This document shows, in pieces, positions 28,483-31,857 of a stretch of DNA of 31,857 nt (positions are counted from its first letter, which is position 1; every line of letters starts with the position of its first letter). The DNA comes from Candidatus Altiarchaeota archaeon (GTDB lineage: Archaea; Altiarchaeota; Altiarchaeia; IMC4; SCGC-AAA252-I15), in NCBI GenBank assembly GCA_043800705.1, contig JAZDMS010000016.1, positions 1 to 31,857 on the forward strand, written 5' to 3'. The translations under genes were made by a program, and so were the position numbers. The notes beneath the pieces were generated by a model. The model did not search any database. It saw only the letters and a list, made by a program, of their open reading frames with translations, and had not been told where the DNA came from.

Positions 28483-29409
28483 TCATCTTTTCCGAAGGCC
28501 CAATTCGTCGAGGACCTTCCCTATTTTTTCAGCTGAGCCGATCAGGCTCCTGTTTTCCGCCTCGTTCAGCGGTATCTTCAGGACTCGGTCCACGCCTTTG
28601 CCGTTCACAACCGCCGGAACGCTCAGGCAGACGTCGGAAATTCCCCGATAACCGCCTAGGAGCGTGGAAACCGGAAATACCGCACTCTGGTCCAGACAGA
28701 TTGCTTCGACTATCTTGGCTGCCCCAAGACCTATCGCATAATAGGTCGCACCCTTGAGCCTGATAACGTCCGCCGCCACGGTCTTGACGTTTTCTCCAAT
28801 CCGGGCCATCTCGTCTTTGTCGTATCCGTCCATGCATTTGATCGGTACGCAGCCTATGGATGCCTGAGCCCACACTGGGAAACTTGAGTCGCCGTGCTCT
28901 CCAAGGACGTATGCGTTAACACAGGCCGGGTCTACGCTGAAGTGAGCGCCGAGCATGCTCCGAAACCGCATAGTATCCAGGATGTTCCCGGAGCCGAAGA
29001 CACGCTCCTTCGGCAGGCCGGAATACTTCCACGCAGCATAGGTCATGATGTCGACGGGGTTGGCGACTATGACGTATACGGCCTCGTCGTTGGCTTTGAC
29101 GAGGCCGGGAATCATCTTCTTGAACAGTTCATTGTTTTTTTTCGCAAGGTCAAGGCGGGATTCGCCCGGTTTTCTGGGAATCCCTGCGGCCACCACCACG
29201 ACATCCGCCCCGGCGAGCAATTCCGCCCCGCCCGATTCCAGTTCCGTATATGGCGCAAACGGGACGCAGTGCCTGAGATCAAGGACCTCGCCCCGGGCCT
29301 TGTCCAGGTTGACGTCCACCAACACGACCTCCGAGGCGTATGAGGAAAGCGTGAGGGTATAGGCGATCGTCGCCCCGACGTTCCCTGCTCCGACTATCCC
29401 GATTTTCAT
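28483..29409 (-). CDS. NAD-dependent malate/lactate dehydrogenase family protein
   Basis: GAGNVG, AGIPRKPGESRLDL, ANPVD, LDTMRF, GEHGDS, KGATYYAIG. Confidence 0.93.
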   Translation of the reverse strand: MKIGIVGAGNVGATIAYTLTLSSYASEVVLVDVNLDKARGEVLDLRHCVPFAPYTELESGGAELLAGADVVVVAAGIPRKPGESRLDLAKKNNELFKKMIPGLVKANDEAVYVIVANPVDIMTYAAWKYSGLPKERVFGSGNILDTMRFRSMLGAHFSVDPACVNAYVLGEHGDSSFPVWAQASIGCVPIKCMDGYDKDEMARIGENVKTVAADVIRLKGATYYAIGLGAAKIVEAICLDQSAVFPVSTLLGGYRGISDVCLSVPAVVNGKGVDRVLKIPLNEAENRSLIGSAEKIGKVLDELGLRKR

Positions 29410-29439
29410 TGCAGGATATCAATTACCAGCAAATCGTTA

Positions 29440-29478
29440 TAAACATAATAAACATAATAAACATAATAAACATAATAA
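29440..29478. repeat. tandem 9-bp repeat (TAAACATAA)x4 in a divergent promoter region
   Basis: Four perfect copies at 29440-29475 plus a partial TAA. Confidence 0.95.
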
Positions 29479-29491
29479 GGACACAGTCCTA

Positions 29492-29971
29492 ATGTTGGGG
29501 GGGAGGGTAGCTATAGCGGGCGCGGGGGTGACCGGACTTACGGCGGCGATAAAACTGGCAAAGAGGCACGAAGTCACGGTATTCGAAAAAGGCGACGAAC
29601 CAGGGGGGCTTGCAAGGACGCTCTGGTATGGAGGTTTCGGATTCGACCTCGGGCCGCATCGGATCCTCGGACAAAGGCCCGAAGCGACGGATTACGTCAG
29701 GTCCGTGGCAAAAGACGACATCCTCCGCATCAAGCCGAAAGGCATGATGTACCTCGACGGCAACTATCTGAGATGGCCTCTGAGGCATGATGCCCTGGCC
29801 AAGATCCCGATGAGGGTGAAATGCGGGGCCGTCGTCGAAGCCTTCAGACCGTCTAAAAAGGAGGTCATAAGCCGGGGGGACTACTTGAGGAGGAAGTACG
29901 GGCGGACGCTGACGGATTTTTTCTTCAGAAGGTACATTCCCGCGGCGAAAAAAGCCGCACTTCCGCCCTGA
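29492..29971 (+). pseudogene. truncated FAD-dependent oxidoreductase (HemY/UDP-galactopyranose mutase-like N-terminus)
   Basis: GAGVTGLTAA, VFEK...GGLART, FDLGPH; ends at 159 aa, far shorter than family members. Confidence 0.7.
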
Positions 29972-30169
29972 CGTTAGCCGAATTCGTACTTCCAAAAAAC
30001 ATCGGCGCACGCATTCAAGGCTGCGAGAAGGACGCGGACTGGTTCACGGACAAATCGGAGACGGAGGGCACATCAGGGGCCACATACCGGGAACTCTTAT
30101 GGGCCGGGGACCTTCTTGTGCTGGCCGTTGCAATATCGATAACGTCGGTCTTGTACTCAAGGTACTGCC

Positions 30170-30796
30170 TCAGCCCATCACCGCGGGGAAGGCCTCCCTT
30201 ATCCCGGCGATGATGAACTGTATCGAGATGGCTGAGAGCATCAGTCCCATCAGGCGGCCGGCCACCTTCGTGCCCGCCCGTCCTATGGTCCTGTAGACGA
30301 GGTTCATGTTCCTCAGGATGAGGTATGTCAGGCCGTATACCAGCAATGCGACGAGGAAAAGTCCCGCCTTGTCGCCCGGCGCCTTGGCGCTGTTGAACAG
30401 CATTATCCCGGTCGTGATGGCTCCGGGGCCGGTCAGGAGGGGGACCGCCATCGGGGATATGGTGATGTTCTCGGCCTCCTCCGCCATGTCCTTGGAGACT
30501 TCGGTCCGCGTCTTGGAGCCGAACAGCATCTCGACGGAGATGATGAGAAGCAGTATGCCTCCCGCGATCTTGAAGCTGTACATGCTGATCCCGAGATATT
30601 CGAATATGAGGTTGCCGAAGAACGTGAACATCAGGAGGACGGCGCAGGCGACGACCACCGACTGCCGGATCATCCGGGCCCTGTGCTTCTGCCTGAACCT
30701 GCCCATGAGGCTCATGAAAATCGGCACCGTCCCGATGGGTTCGACTATCACGAACAAGGCCACGAACGCCTGAACGAGGAAGGTCAAGTCGACCAT
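30170..30796 (-). CDS. MarC family membrane protein
   Basis: LFVIVEPIG, FKIAGGILL, PMAVPLLTGPGAI, RLMGLML. Confidence 0.93.
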   Translation of the reverse strand: MVDLTFLVQAFVALFVIVEPIGTVPIFMSLMGRFRQKHRARMIRQSVVVACAVLLMFTFFGNLIFEYLGISMYSFKIAGGILLLIISVEMLFGSKTRTEVSKDMAEEAENITISPMAVPLLTGPGAITTGIMLFNSAKAPGDKAGLFLVALLVYGLTYLILRNMNLVYRTIGRAGTKVAGRLMGLMLSAISIQFIIAGIREAFPAVMG

Positions 30797-30822
30797 ATTC
30801 AAGTAATCGTCGTGGACAGTTA

Positions 30823-31364
30823 TTAACACCAGGCCGCATACGGCCTGACGAGAGTCCCGATGTCTTGCTCAAGCCGGTGGGCGTCAGAACCCCACGATAT
30901 GAAAAACCCGCATCCAAAGCCGCCTTAGCGATCGAGTCAGCGACTTCCAGCCTGTGCCTGGGTGTACACGCCTCTATGCCGTCTACGCCGGCCGCCTCCA
31001 GTTCCATGAATAGCTCCGTCTTGTACGACAGCCGCCTTACGATGTCATCGTGGAAGCAGAAGCCGTCCTCTTCGAGCTCGGCCTTGACGTCGAGGGCGTA
31101 GTCGATGCCCAAACCGCGAAGGGACCTGTAATTCGCCAGCCACTCCATGAGGCGCCTGTTCTTCGCATCGACTCCGACGCCGAGGACGTGCAGTTTCCGT
31201 ATCTGCCTGGCGGAAGGCAGCTCGACGCGGACAGACAGCTCTATGCCGGCAGCGATCCCGGAAGACACCCCATTATTTCCGGATTCGACGAATAGGTCAT
31301 GCGCATCCAACGCAGCAGTCGCGCCCTTGAGTCCGCAATGGTCGACCCGTATGGAAAATATCAT
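30823..31364 (-). pseudogene. degraded PHP-domain (TrpH/YciV-like) phosphoesterase
   Basis: DH, GIELS, HVLG and GVDGIE present; N-terminal HxH missing; terminal WGSDAH lies in a shifted frame after the T5 run at 30902-30906. Confidence 0.7.
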
Positions 31365-31392
31365 TAGAAAAAGCTTAAATTCAGTCTATTAT

Positions 31393-31549
31393 CGCAGGGT
31401 CTCGCAGACCCCGCACTTTCTATCTTTTTCCGCCAACGCTTCCCCAGAAGGCTTCGCCTTCTGGAGGCCCCAGAAAGCAAAGCTTTCTGAGGGTTTCTTT
31501 CTTTGGAAAAGAAAGAAAGAAAGAAAGAAAGAGGGTTGCGGGGGACGAG
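31393..31549. repeat. palindromic repeat unit, copy 1 (includes duplicated tRNA-Leu 3' end)
   Basis: 31438-31504 identical to 31678-31744; hairpins at 31444-31464 and 31471-31489; TTGCGGGGGACGAG at 31536-31549. Confidence 0.92.
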
Positions 31550-31633
31550 TGTCCGATACATAAGGGCAAGAACCTACGGTTCTCGCCCTTATCAACCCTA
31601 CACTCCCTTACGAAAGGATAAAAACATGCGTTA

Positions 31634-31779
31634 TGCGGGGTCGAAGACCCCGCAGTTTTCTTTCTTTTTCCATCAAAGCTTCCCCAGAAGGCTTCGCCTT
31701 CTGGAGGCCCCAGAAAGCAAAGCTTTCTGAGGGTTTCTTTCTTTTGTAAAAAGATAGAAAAAGGTTTGCGGGGGACGAG
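31634..31779. repeat. palindromic repeat unit, copy 2 (abuts/overlaps tRNA-Leu 3' end)
   Basis: Same core 240 bp downstream; perfect hairpin TGCGGGGTC-GAA-GACCCCGCA at 31634-31654. Confidence 0.92.
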
Positions 31780-31850
31780 GTTCGAACTCGCGCAGCCCTG
31801 CGGCACAGGGTCCTAAGCCCTGCTCATTTGGCCAACTCTGACACCCCCGC
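31767..31850 (-). tRNA. tRNA-Leu (anticodon TAG), no intron, CCA not encoded
   Basis: GCGGGGG/TCCCCCGC-A acceptor region, CAGGG-CTTAGGA-CCCTG anticodon arm, long variable arm, GTTCGAA T-loop. Confidence 0.96.
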
Positions 31851-31857
31851 AAACGGG

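Noticed and set aside
30015-31364. 449-aa PHP fusion protein
   Set aside because: Artefact of the frameshift at ~30904; the rest reads out of frame over marC
31393-31779. CRISPR array
   Set aside because: Only two long units with 240-bp period, no 25-45-bp repeat/spacer pattern, no cas genes
31364-31806. Short ORFs across the repeat region
   Set aside because: Low-complexity translations of palindromes and GAAA runs

Overview
Gene-dense, GC-rich archaeal chromosomal segment. It carries archaeosine TGT, MptE, KsgA/Dim1, a single-domain KaiC, an SMS-type sufCB pair and class II HMG-CoA reductase, and has TATA boxes ~25-30 nt before many starts. The Cys-rich surface proteins look DPANN/Altiarchaeota-like, but that is an inference only. 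About 30 CDS: mostly housekeeping genes, interspersed with orphans and ending in a decaying zone (two pseudogenes, palindromic repeats) beside tRNA-Leu(TAG). Most notable: (1) an adjacent gene pair at 15.9-18.3 kb shares an unrecognised ~75-aa N-terminal domain, stand-alone in one gene and fused to a probable caspase-fold His/Cys protease in the other; (2) a ~240-bp-period duplication downstream of tRNA-Leu contains a remodelled tRNA-like copy and hairpin-rich MITE/REP-like units; (3) a KaiC gene is coupled to a PH-like/2TM/inactive-KaiC membrane partner; (4) an MDH/LDH 'intermediate' enzyme; (5) tandem lipoprotein-like paralogs with an unusual long leader. No CRISPR array, integrase or transposase was seen. 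All functional calls come from motifs read by eye, not database searches.
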